The notes beneath the pieces were generated by a model. The model was not told the DNA's origin. It was given only the letters and a program-made list of their open reading frames with translations, and ran no database searches. A program made the position numbers and the translations under genes. Source: an uncultured Gammaproteobacteria bacterium (GTDB lineage Bacteria > Patescibacteriota > Microgenomatia > CAYGWK01). From it: a DNA stretch of 58,480 nucleotides. Below, piece by piece: positions 28,644 through 36,705 of this stretch. Location: NCBI GenBank assembly GCA_964487495.1, contig CAZAPL010000033.1, forward strand, positions 1 to 58,480. Direction: 5' to 3'. How positions within the stretch are numbered: the first letter of the stretch is position 1; each line of letters starts with the position of its first letter.

Positions 28644-29273
28644 TTAGAAAATAAGAATTATTGCCAGCCCAAGGAGTAAAGTGGTAATTCCTCCAAAGAG
28701 AATTCCTAAAGTGGGAGTTAAAAAGCCGGCAGAGGGAAGTTGGGGTGAGGTTGGAGTTGGGGTGGGAGTGGTTGGTCGTGGAGTGGGAGTTGGAGTCGAA
28801 GTTGGTCTGGGGGTTGGAGTTGGAGTTGGAGTGGGAGTTGAAGTTGGTCTTGGAGTTGGAGTTGGGGTTGGTCTTGGAGTTGGAGTTGGGGTAGATTCTA
28901 CTGGACCGAGAGGAGGGGGGGGGCAAATACAGTCTTCATCAAGGGGGCAATCTTCGTTATAACAAATTAATACTTGGCTACAGACTTGGCCAGGCGGACA
29001 GGGTGTTCCGCATTTTAACCCTTCTTGACAATCGGTGTCTTTTGAGCAACCTTCTCGACAACCTTTTTTTTCTATGGATATTTCGAATAATTTGGTGCAT
29101 TGAGGAGCTGGTGTTTCTTCGTAAACTGCAGGGGCTGGTTGGGGGACAGTTGGGGCTATTGGTTGTTTTTTTGTTTGGTAAAGTTTTAAAGCGGTAAAAA
29201 TGGCAACCGATGTTAAAATCAACGTAGCAAAAGAAATCAAAACTAAATGCCAACTTTCTTTTATTTTTTCCAT
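28644..29273 (-). CDS. exported Cys-rich protein with (TP)n-RP repeat linker and C-terminal LPSAG sorting-like signal
   Basis: N-terminal TM/signal anchor, 11 Cys within about 60 aa and a TPTPTPRP repeat. It ends in LPSAGFLTPT followed by a hydrophobic tail. Confidence 0.7.
   Translation of the reverse strand: MEKIKESWHLVLISFATLILTSVAIFTALKLYQTKKQPIAPTVPQPAPAVYEETPAPQCTKLFEISIEKKGCREGCSKDTDCQEGLKCGTPCPPGQVCSQVLICYNEDCPLDEDCICPPPPLGPVESTPTPTPRPTPTPTPRPTSTPTPTPTPTPRPTSTPTPTPRPTTPTPTPTSPQLPSAGFLTPTLGILFGGITTLLLGLAIILIF
28743..28895 (-). repeat. imperfect short tandem repeat encoding the Thr-Pro/Arg-Pro linker
   Basis: The plus strand reads reiterated GGAGTTGGAGTT / GGGGTTGG / GGTCTTGG units. 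It generates spurious ORFs in other frames and on the other strand. Confidence 0.85.
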
Positions 29274-29276
29274 TTT

Positions 29277-30374
29277 TTATTTCCAGCCTGAGTTTTGGTT
29301 ATAAACCATTGCTTCAATTTTGTATTTTCCTGATTTTCCAAATGTATAGGTGATATAAAACTCTCCATTTTGGTTTTTGATTGTTGTTTCTTGCCAAGCG
29401 CCAACCTGACCATCGACTGTTATCCTAAAGCGAGCCTTGGTGATCTTTTGATTGTTTGTTGCTGATCCTTTAGTGGCAAGATAATAATTTTGGTCGGGTT
29501 TTAGAAATGGCTCTGCAACTTCTTTCCAATCAGTTTCGTAAATTTTGACATATTCACATTTGACTGTTATAGGGGGGGTTGGGGTTGGAGAAAGAGAAGG
29601 AATTGTTCCGCTAACAAATCTTACTTTTAGATTATCTCGACAATCATCTTTGTCTTCATCTTTGTCTTTGCCAACAAAGGTTTTAACGATAAGAGTTCCT
29701 CCGACTTTACCGCCATTAAATTTGTTGAATAAATCATTTAAGTTAATGACGTATATTCCTCCCTGGGTTTTTTGAACGGTAAAATCATGTCTGCAGTTTT
29801 TATCACACCCACAAAAACCGTCATAGGCCAAAAAACCATTCCCATAATTGCAATTATCAGTATTTACATAATTTGGTGAATATTCAGCCCAGCGATAGAT
29901 CCCTTGAGGAAGGGGGCCTTGGTTGTCCATAAAAGAGGCAAATTTGAAAAGATAAATACCATTTTCTTGGGGGAATTGATCAATTTTTAAGTATTTATTA
30001 GTTTCCGCTGGGTTGCTTCCTGAGCCTTCACTCCAGCCCTGAAGGGTTAAAACTTTAGTTGCCATTTCACCTCCAGTTATACCTCCACAAGTAACTGTTG
30101 CCTTTTCTCTTATTTCTTGTCTTTGTTGGGTTAAATAAACAGCCAAGGGGATTGAGGCAAGGAGAAAAAATACACCAACTGAAGCCAAAATTATTTGCTT
30201 TTTAGACAGTCTTTTTGGCGGTTTTTTTAAAGATATTTCTTCCGGGTTTTTTAATTGGGCAGGAGGAGGAATACCCGGCGGAGGTTCTGGAGGTGGTGCA
30301 CCTGGAGCAGGAACAATAACTTCTTCCTTTTTATCATCTTGCGGTTGACTTGGATTGTTAGGCAAATCGTTCAT
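29277..30374 (-). CDS. type II membrane protein with Pro-rich cytoplasmic head and Cys-containing beta-rich ectodomains
   Basis: PAPGAPPPEPPPGIPPP N-terminus and a single TM. The ectodomain has CNYGNGFLAYDGFCGCDKNC, a short PTPTPP linker and an Ig-like C-terminal domain. No family recognised. Confidence 0.6.
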   Translation of the reverse strand: MNDLPNNPSQPQDDKKEEVIVPAPGAPPPEPPPGIPPPAQLKNPEEISLKKPPKRLSKKQIILASVGVFFLLASIPLAVYLTQQRQEIREKATVTCGGITGGEMATKVLTLQGWSEGSGSNPAETNKYLKIDQFPQENGIYLFKFASFMDNQGPLPQGIYRWAEYSPNYVNTDNCNYGNGFLAYDGFCGCDKNCRHDFTVQKTQGGIYVINLNDLFNKFNGGKVGGTLIVKTFVGKDKDEDKDDCRDNLKVRFVSGTIPSLSPTPTPPITVKCEYVKIYETDWKEVAEPFLKPDQNYYLATKGSATNNQKITKARFRITVDGQVGAWQETTIKNQNGEFYITYTFGKSGKYKIEAMVYNQNSGWK

Positions 30375-31762
30375 GATTTAGTTTTCCCATAAATTAAACT
30401 TAAAAAAAATAGACCTCCAAAGAGAAGGACTATTCCCATTGTAAAGAGGAGAAAGGTTGGTGTCAAGTAGCCAGAAGTAGGAATGCCGCTTTCTGTTGAG
30501 GGTCGAGAAGTTCGTGGAGAGGGAGTAGGAGAAGAGGTAGCGACAGGAGTGGGAGTTAAGGTTAGAGTAGGTGTTGGAGTTAGAGTGGCTGAGGGGCTGG
30601 CGGTAAAAGCCGGGAGGGTATTTTCGCCGGCAGCCAAAACAGTAAAGGTTCTGGAAATTGTTTTTCCTCCATAACTAACTTTAATAGTATGGGTTCCTGG
30701 TGCGAGGTCCTCTGGAGGAATAAAATTCCATTCTCCATTTTTATTTGTTTTGACGGTTCCTGTATAAATTGGTGATTCAATGGTAATCTGGAGAGTTTGG
30801 TTTGCAGGACCACTTCCTATAATTTCTGGTCTTGAGGTGGCAACTTTTTCGTTTTGCTCCGGGCTTATTATGGTTATTTGATTTGGACTGGCTCCTCCTG
30901 TGGAAATAGGAATTTCTTCAAAAGGGAATTTAGAGGAAGGAGTCGCCTGATTTTCGGATTGACTGGGAGTGGAGGTAGGAAGTAAGGGCGTTTTTTCATT
31001 TGATTGTAAAGAGGAAGTTTGTCGAAAATCGTAGTTTCTCCCTAAAGTAATTTCTGGAATAGGGTTGTCATTTTTAGTGGTAGTTATTATGGTTGATGCC
31101 CCCAAAGAGGCTCCTTGAACAAAAATCTCTAAAATTTGGGCTTCTTTATCGTAGGTTGCATAGTTTGAAAGATTAGAAGATAAAGCGGTGTTTAAGGGGA
31201 TAACGAAACTTCCTGAAGAGCGAACCAGCGTTGATTGAGGAGTTGTGTTGGTAAGGCTTAAATAAACAATTACTCCTTCTGCTGGGGTACCGTCTTGTTT
31301 GAGAATTATACCCGAGACAACATCGCTTGGGGGAGGGGTTCCGGGGATGACTGGGGCGGTAGTTACCTCATAAGGTTTCCCGGAATTATCAAAAATTTTT
31401 CCTCCTGAACTAATTTTGAAAAAATAAATAGTTTTTGGCTTTAGATTTTTTAAAGTCACATGATGAGTTTGGAAGTTACCGGTACTGCCAGATACTTGAT
31501 CTCGATCGTCGGCAAAGGTTTGTCCCAAAGAAGGCGTTTCCCCAAATTGGACAAATCCGCTTGTTTCTTTATCAGTAATCCAAGAAACGGTAAAGGAAGA
31601 AGAAGAAATATTGGTAATTTTTACTTGGTTAGGAGTAATTTCTGGAGAGGCTCTTAAAAGAAATACTTGGTTGTTTTTAATAAGGAACACCCCACTAAAA
31701 ATACCAATGACTAAAAAGAAAATTGCCAAAATTGTTGGAATTCTTTTTTCTTTATTAAACAT
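30371..31762 (-). CDS. exported multidomain surface protein (FN3-like, CarboxypepD_reg-like, Ig-like) with PT linker and IPTSG sorting-like signal
   Basis: Signal anchor and FTVSWITDKETSGFVQFGE...HHVTLKNLKPKTIYFFKI (FN3 / purple-acid-phosphatase N-domain-like), then VSGIILKQDGTPAEGVIVYL. It ends in IPTSGYLTPT plus TM plus GKTKS. Confidence 0.7.
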   Translation of the reverse strand: MFNKEKRIPTILAIFFLVIGIFSGVFLIKNNQVFLLRASPEITPNQVKITNISSSSFTVSWITDKETSGFVQFGETPSLGQTFADDRDQVSGSTGNFQTHHVTLKNLKPKTIYFFKISSGGKIFDNSGKPYEVTTAPVIPGTPPPSDVVSGIILKQDGTPAEGVIVYLSLTNTTPQSTLVRSSGSFVIPLNTALSSNLSNYATYDKEAQILEIFVQGASLGASTIITTTKNDNPIPEITLGRNYDFRQTSSLQSNEKTPLLPTSTPSQSENQATPSSKFPFEEIPISTGGASPNQITIISPEQNEKVATSRPEIIGSGPANQTLQITIESPIYTGTVKTNKNGEWNFIPPEDLAPGTHTIKVSYGGKTISRTFTVLAAGENTLPAFTASPSATLTPTPTLTLTPTPVATSSPTPSPRTSRPSTESGIPTSGYLTPTFLLFTMGIVLLFGGLFFLSLIYGKTKS

Positions 31763-31764
31763 TT

Positions 31765-32100
31765 TTACATCCCCTCAGTTTCAGTTATAGTAGGTGTCTC
31801 GGATTCTGCTTCTGCAATAGTAGGTGTTGGTGTCGGCATTAAGGTTGGAGTTTTAGTCGGCGTGGAAGTTGGCGTTGGCAAAATGAATTCTTCTTCTTTT
31901 ATCTGAAGACGTTTTGAGAGATTTTCTAAAGTTTCCATATCAACTTGAGGATTAAGAGGCGTAAGCTGCTCTTGAACATTTTTTGGAATTTCTACCTTAT
32001 TAAAGGCACGATAGACGTCAAAGCCAATCCAGGTTAAGATAGTAATGGCAGTTAAGATGGCAATATAAAATAAGTTTTTTGAAAATTTTGATTCTTTCAT
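31765..32100 (-). CDS. small membrane-anchored protein with PT-rich tail
   Basis: 111 aa with an N-terminal TM and a C-terminal PTPTSTPTKTPTLMPTPTPT stretch. Confidence 0.55.
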   Translation of the reverse strand: MKESKFSKNLFYIAILTAITILTWIGFDVYRAFNKVEIPKNVQEQLTPLNPQVDMETLENLSKRLQIKEEEFILPTPTSTPTKTPTLMPTPTPTIAEAESETPTITETEGM

Positions 32101-32103
32101 AGT

Positions 32104-32748
32104 TTATTCTAAGAAATAAAATTTTCCTGAAATATTTAGGTTTATAGCTTCTGTTTCTCCACCCTCTGTACTTTCTTTTTTGGAAAAAGACGAGGAATCA
32201 ATAGTAATAATTCTTCTCAGTTGGTTTAAGGAATCAAGGAATTTTTCTAAATCTTCAAAATTTCCGTTTAAAGAAAGGGAAAAAGATAAATTTTGAAGAG
32301 AGGAGGTTTTCTTTGTCTCTTTTTTTGTAGGATCTTTGCCAAGAAGAACAGAAGGCTCAAAGGAAAGGGAATTGATAGTAAGGTTATTCTTTTGGGCTAA
32401 AGTTTCAAACTGGAGAGTTACTTGAGAAAGAGAAGGAGTTGGGGGGATGACTTCGTCAATTAAGGGTAAGTACGGTTCGGCAAGAGTATAATTTGATTGG
32501 GCAGAGGAAAGGGTGTTGATCTTTTTTTGTAATTGATTATTGATTTCTTTTTGGGTTTGGATTTCTCTATATAAAGAAACTATAGTAATGAGTGTGGGTC
32601 TTATGGCAAAAACAGCAAAAAAAGAGACAGATAAAAGAGTTAAGATCAAGCCGGTGTAGACAACCGTTTCTTTTTTTTGATAAATTTTTGGAATTTCTTT
32701 AAAATAGCGACTATAGCGATGATATTCAGTTAAGGTTCTGGGTATCAT
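32104..32748 (-). CDS. PilO-like bitopic membrane protein
   Basis: Short cytoplasmic head, one TM, a coiled coil (QKEINNQLQKKINTL) and a ferredoxin-like C-terminal domain (LSLNGNFEDLEKFLDSLNQLRRIITID). It follows the PilN-like gene with a 4-nt overlap. Confidence 0.55.
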   Translation of the reverse strand: MIPRTLTEYHRYSRYFKEIPKIYQKKETVVYTGLILTLLSVSFFAVFAIRPTLITIVSLYREIQTQKEINNQLQKKINTLSSAQSNYTLAEPYLPLIDEVIPPTPSLSQVTLQFETLAQKNNLTINSLSFEPSVLLGKDPTKKETKKTSSLQNLSFSLSLNGNFEDLEKFLDSLNQLRRIITIDSSSFSKKESTEGGETEAINLNISGKFYFLE

Positions 32749-33305
32749 TTTTGTTTTATCCCTCCAGGTAAATATTTTGCGGTTAAACTAAATTTAATTC
32801 CTATTTCCTCAGGCTTTTTAAAAATACTTGAGAGATTAACATCGGTAAATTCTGGCGAATTAGAAAAACCAGCGACAAAACCTCCAAGCCCTTCTTCTGA
32901 AAGTGCTAATCCGTTTATTTTTATTTCCTTCGTTTCCTTTTCGTAATTTAAAGTGGAGAAAATAATATCCCCAGGAGTAAAAGAAGAAATAGTAGAAATT
33001 ATTGAGGTAATTTTGACTTGATCTTTTTCAAGTTCCTTTATCTTCGAAATTTTTTCCTGAAAAGATTTAAATTCTTTTTCAAAACCTGAATAAGAATTTA
33101 TAATTGCTTGTTTTTGTTTAATTTGCTCATAAAGATTAGTAAGATCTCGATCTAATTTAAAACGAGAGATAAAAGCGATAATAACCACTAATTCGGTAAA
33201 AATAACGATCCATCTACCAACTGAAAGAAGCCAAAGTAAAAATTTACCTAAAGGTTTCTTTTCAAATTCTTCCTTTGGTATGAGATTAATTTCTTTGTTG
33301 GGCAT
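32745..33305 (-). CDS. PilN-like bitopic membrane protein
   Basis: N-terminal EINLIP (the INLLP-type PilM-binding motif), one TM, a coiled coil and a C-terminal alpha/beta domain of PilN size. Confidence 0.6.
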   Translation of the reverse strand: MPNKEINLIPKEEFEKKPLGKFLLWLLSVGRWIVIFTELVVIIAFISRFKLDRDLTNLYEQIKQKQAIINSYSGFEKEFKSFQEKISKIKELEKDQVKITSIISTISSFTPGDIIFSTLNYEKETKEIKINGLALSEEGLGGFVAGFSNSPEFTDVNLSSIFKKPEEIGIKFSLTAKYLPGGIKQK

Positions 33306-33361
33306 GGTTTAGTTTAAGTATATTTTATTAGGAGAGAGTTTGTCAAAGGGTATTTTGAGAA

Positions 33362-33649
33362 TTAACTTTCTTTTTCTTTTTTGGTTTTTTTCCTTTTGAT
33401 TTCTTTATTTCCTTTTTCTTCAATTAATTTTGCCAATCTTGACTTTAGCCTTGCGGCTTTATTTTTATGAATTATTTTCTTTTTAGCTGCTTGATCAAGA
33501 AGGCTTGAAGCTTTTCTGAATGCTTCTTGGCTTTTTTTCTTTCTCGCCAAAGAAACCGCCCTTTTAAGGTTTTTTTTGACCAAAATATTTATTTTGGCTC
33601 TTCGGCGATCTTTTCTTAAGGCTTTTTTAGCGCTTTTAGTTTGTGGCAT
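33362..33649 (-). CDS. rpsT: 30S ribosomal protein S20
   Basis: MPQTKSAKKALRKDRRRAKINILVK... is the S20 pattern. The ORF-track N-terminal extension to 33847 overlaps murJ and is not credible. Confidence 0.9.
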   Translation of the reverse strand: MPQTKSAKKALRKDRRRAKINILVKKNLKRAVSLARKKKSQEAFRKASSLLDQAAKKKIIHKNKAARLKSRLAKLIEEKGNKEIKRKKTKKEKES

Positions 33650-33689
33650 TTTGGGATAAAATATATCACAACTTGGGAGTTTTGCCAAG

Positions 33690-35357
33690 ATGGTAAAAAA
33701 TATTTTAAATAAAGGGAAAATAATTTTCTTAAGAAAACAAAAAAGTATTTTGTCGGCCGCTCTTTTTATAATGGCTACCGTTTTTCTCTCTCGGATTTTA
33801 GGGCTTTTAAGAGATAGGCTTTTGGCAGGTAAATTTTTTGGTGGCAACGAATGGCAACTGGATGTTTATTTTGCCGCTTTTAGATTTCCAGATATGATTT
33901 TTCAACTTTTAGTTATTGGGGCGCTTTCGGCGGCTTTTATTCCTGTTTTTAGTGAATATCTGGAAAAAGATAAAAAAGAGGCTTCTTTGGTGGCTTCTTC
34001 AATTATTAACATTGTCTTAATCCTTTTTTTAATTTTGGGATCCCTAATTTTTATTTTTGCCCCCTATTTTTGCAAAATTATTGCTCCTTCTTTTTCTCCG
34101 GAAAAAATTGTTTTAATGTCTTATTTAACAAGAATTATGCTTTTTGCTCAATTTTTTTTCTGCATTTCAAATTTTTTTACTGGAATTATTCAGTCTAATC
34201 AGCGTTTTTTAGTTCCGGCTTTGGCGCCGGTTGTTTATAATTTTGGAATTATTTTGGGGATAATTTTTTTAACTCCCTTTTTGGGAATTTATGGGCCAAC
34301 ATTTGGGGTAGTTTTGGGTGCCTTTTTACATCTTTTAGTTCAATTTCCTTTGGTTTTAAAACTTGAATTTTCTTATTCTCCCTGGACATGGGCCTTTTTT
34401 CATCCTGGAGTAAGAGAAATTGTTAAATTAATGATTCCCCGGAGTCTGGCTTTAGCGGTTTCGCAGATAGAAGCTACCTTGGCCGTTTTTTTAGCCACCT
34501 CTCTTTCCTCCGGGTCTTTGACGATTTTTTATTTTGCCCAGCATTTGATGAATCTGCCTGTTGGCCTTTTTGGAGCCACCATTGGTCAAGCAGCTTTGCC
34601 TTCTCTTTCTCAAAATATTTCAAGAAAAGATTGGCAAGAATTTAAGAAAACTTTTTTATCATCCCTTTTCCAGGTTCTTTATTTAGTTTTTCCCGCTTCG
34701 GCTATTCTTTTGGTTTTGCGTATTCCTATTGTAAGACTTGTTTTTGGAACTAAAAATTTTCCTTGGCAGGCTACTCTTTTGACAGGAAAAACTTTGGCTT
34801 TTTTTACTTTTGCCATCCTTAGCCAAAGTGCGATTCAAGTTTTAGTTAGGGGGTTTTATGCTCTTCGCGATACCAAAATTCCTCTTTTTATTGGATTGAT
34901 AGGGGTGGCAATTAACATTTTTTTAAGTGTTACTTTTGTTTTTTATTTTAAATTTGGAGTTTTGGGATTGGCAGCTGCAGTTTCCTTGGCGAGTTTGGTT
35001 CATGCTTTTTTACTTTTTTGGATTTTAGAAAGGAAAATTGGGGGATTTAAAAAGAAAGAGGTTTTTATCCCCTTTTTAAAAATAGGTATTGCTACTTTCG
35101 TAACGGCTTGTTTTCTTTGGTTTCCAATGAGGGTTTTAGATAAGTTTATTCTTGATACTACAAGAACTGCCAATTTAATTATTTTAACCATTATTGCCTC
35201 TCTTTTAGGGTTAGGAGTATATTTATTTCTTTCTTTTCTTTTAAAAATTGAGGAATTTAAAATTTTTGTTGATCTTCTAAAGAAAATTGGTCAATGGCGA
35301 AAGATCCTTTCTGAGTCAGAGGAGATGATTGATTCCGTGAGATCTCCGCAAGGATAA
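33690..35357 (+). CDS. murJ: lipid II flippase MurJ
   Basis: 555 aa, about 14 TM segments, with SRILGLLRDRLLAGKFFG and the overall MviN/MurJ pattern. Confidence 0.88.
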   Translation: MVKNILNKGKIIFLRKQKSILSAALFIMATVFLSRILGLLRDRLLAGKFFGGNEWQLDVYFAAFRFPDMIFQLLVIGALSAAFIPVFSEYLEKDKKEASLVASSIINIVLILFLILGSLIFIFAPYFCKIIAPSFSPEKIVLMSYLTRIMLFAQFFFCISNFFTGIIQSNQRFLVPALAPVVYNFGIILGIIFLTPFLGIYGPTFGVVLGAFLHLLVQFPLVLKLEFSYSPWTWAFFHPGVREIVKLMIPRSLALAVSQIEATLAVFLATSLSSGSLTIFYFAQHLMNLPVGLFGATIGQAALPSLSQNISRKDWQEFKKTFLSSLFQVLYLVFPASAILLVLRIPIVRLVFGTKNFPWQATLLTGKTLAFFTFAILSQSAIQVLVRGFYALRDTKIPLFIGLIGVAINIFLSVTFVFYFKFGVLGLAAAVSLASLVHAFLLFWILERKIGGFKKKEVFIPFLKIGIATFVTACFLWFPMRVLDKFILDTTRTANLIILTIIASLLGLGVYLFLSFLLKIEEFKIFVDLLKKIGQWRKILSESEEMIDSVRSPQG

Positions 35358-35417
35358 TTTTTCTTTGTTTAATTTTAAGTTTGGGTATCTAAACCATTTA
35401 CCTTTTGAAAAATCCTC

Positions 35418-35454
35418 TTGACAAATTTTAGCAGTCATGGTATAAAAGTGCTAA
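35418..35454 (+). promoter_or_regulatory. hrcA operon promoter (TTGACA-17-TATAAA) overlapped by a CIRCE operator
   Basis: TTGACA at 35418-35423 and TATAAA at 35441-35446. TTAGCAGTC-N9-AAGTGCTAA at 35428-35454 matches the CIRCE consensus at 16 of 18 positions. Confidence 0.8.
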
Positions 35455-35477
35455 GATAAAAGGAGGTTTTTGGGAAA

Positions 35478-36209
35478 ATGTCTGACTTAACTGAAAGACA
35501 AGCAAAAATATTAAAGGCGATTATAGAAGAATATATTGAAACGGCCGAACCTGTTGGGTCAGAAACCTTAGAAAAAAAATATTCTTTGGGAGTCTCTCCA
35601 GCGACGATTAGGAATGAAATGGTGAGATTGACCACAGAAGGGTTTCTTCGTCAACCTTATACCTCTGCTGGAAGGATTCCCACTTCATTGGGCTTTAAAT
35701 TTTATATTAATTCCTTAATGGAGGAAAAGAAACTTTCGGTAGTTGATGAAGTTTCCGCAAAAGAGGCAATCTGGGATTATCGATTTGAATTTGACAAGTT
35801 AATGCGAGAGACAACGCGGGTATTGGCTCAAAGAACTAAAAATTTAGCCGTTGCCGCTACTAATGAGGGGGAAATTTTTTCATCGGGTTATGCCAATATT
35901 TTGGATATGCCCGAATTTTTTGATATTGATGTGACCAAAAGCGTTTTGCAACTTCTTGATGAATTCGAGAGATTAGAAAATCTTTTTAATAAAGTTTTAG
36001 GCGATGATCCTGTTCATATCCTTTTAGGAGATGAAATTGGGGAAGAATATCTTAAATCTTGCGGACTAGTTTTTACCCATTTTCAGACAGGAAGCAAGTA
36101 CGCAGGAACTTTAGGGGTAATTGGCCCTTGCAGAATTAACTATTCAGAGGTTATTCCTTTAGTTCGCTATTTTGGTAACTTAATTTCAGAAATTGGAAGG
36201 GGATGGTAA
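35478..36209 (+). CDS. hrcA: heat-inducible transcription repressor HrcA (short form)
   Basis: LTERQAKILKAIIEEYIETAEPVGSETL...SPATIRNEM wHTH and C-terminal GTLGVIGPCRINYSEVIPLV. 243 aa, about 100 aa shorter than typical HrcA. Confidence 0.88.
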   Translation: MSDLTERQAKILKAIIEEYIETAEPVGSETLEKKYSLGVSPATIRNEMVRLTTEGFLRQPYTSAGRIPTSLGFKFYINSLMEEKKLSVVDEVSAKEAIWDYRFEFDKLMRETTRVLAQRTKNLAVAATNEGEIFSSGYANILDMPEFFDIDVTKSVLQLLDEFERLENLFNKVLGDDPVHILLGDEIGEEYLKSCGLVFTHFQTGSKYAGTLGVIGPCRINYSEVIPLVRYFGNLISEIGRGW

Positions 36210-36210
36210 G

Positions 36211-36705
36211 ATGGGTAAGAAAGATCAAGAGAAGATAAAGGAACTTGAAGAGAAGATAAAGGAACTTGAGGGATTTTGGAAGAGGGCGTTGGCTGATTAT
36301 CAAAATTTAGAAAAAAGAGTTGAGGGAGAAAGAGAAGATTTTGTTAAATTTGCCAATTCTCAATTAATCTTAAAAATTTTGCCGGCAATTGATAGTTTAG
36401 AAAAAGCAGAGGATTATTTAAATGATGAGGGTTTGGCTTTAGCCGTAAGGCAATTAAAAGACGCTCTTTTTTCTGCGGGGTTGGAGAGAATTGAAGTAAA
36501 AGGGAGAGACTTTAATCCTGAGGAAATGGAATGCGTGGAGGTAGGAGAGGGAGAAGAAGGGAAGGTTTTAGAGGAGGTAAGGGCAGGTTATAAATTTGGC
36601 GGTAGGGTTTTAAGAGTGGCTCAGGTTAAGGTAGGCAAAAGAAAAATTGATAAAAAATCAGAAGAGAAGGCAAAAAAAGAATTGCAGAAAGGAGATTATC
36701 TATGA
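36211..36705 (+). CDS. grpE: nucleotide exchange factor GrpE
   Basis: [11 protein letters not shown]...[20 protein letters not shown]...[19 protein letters not shown] at 36211 lies directly after the hrcA stop; the ORF-track TTG at 36193 is the alternative. Confidence 0.9.
   Translation: MGKKDQEKIKELEEKIKELEGFWKRALADYQNLEKRVEGEREDFVKFANSQLILKILPAIDSLEKAEDYLNDEGLALAVRQLKDALFSAGLERIEVKGRDFNPEEMECVEVGEGEEGKVLEEVRAGYKFGGRVLRVAQVKVGKRKIDKKSEEKAKKELQKGDYL

Noticed and set aside
28743-28895. Short regular repeats that could be mistaken for a CRISPR array
   Set aside because: The units are 6-12 nt, contiguous without spacers, and lie in frame within a coding sequence. No cas genes are in the window.
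28624-28962. ORFs 28624-28926 (-) with NSNSKTN repeats and 28681-28962 (+) with GVGVGV repeats
   Set aside because: Both are alternative-frame or antisense readings of the TP/RP tandem repeat inside the 28644-29273 gene. That frame alone has a signal anchor, a Cys-rich domain and a sorting-like tail.
33650-33847. N-terminal 66-aa extension of the rpsT ORF
   Set aside because: The extension has no S20 similarity and overlaps the murJ start on the other strand. The canonical S20 N-terminus MPQTKSAKKA begins at 33649.
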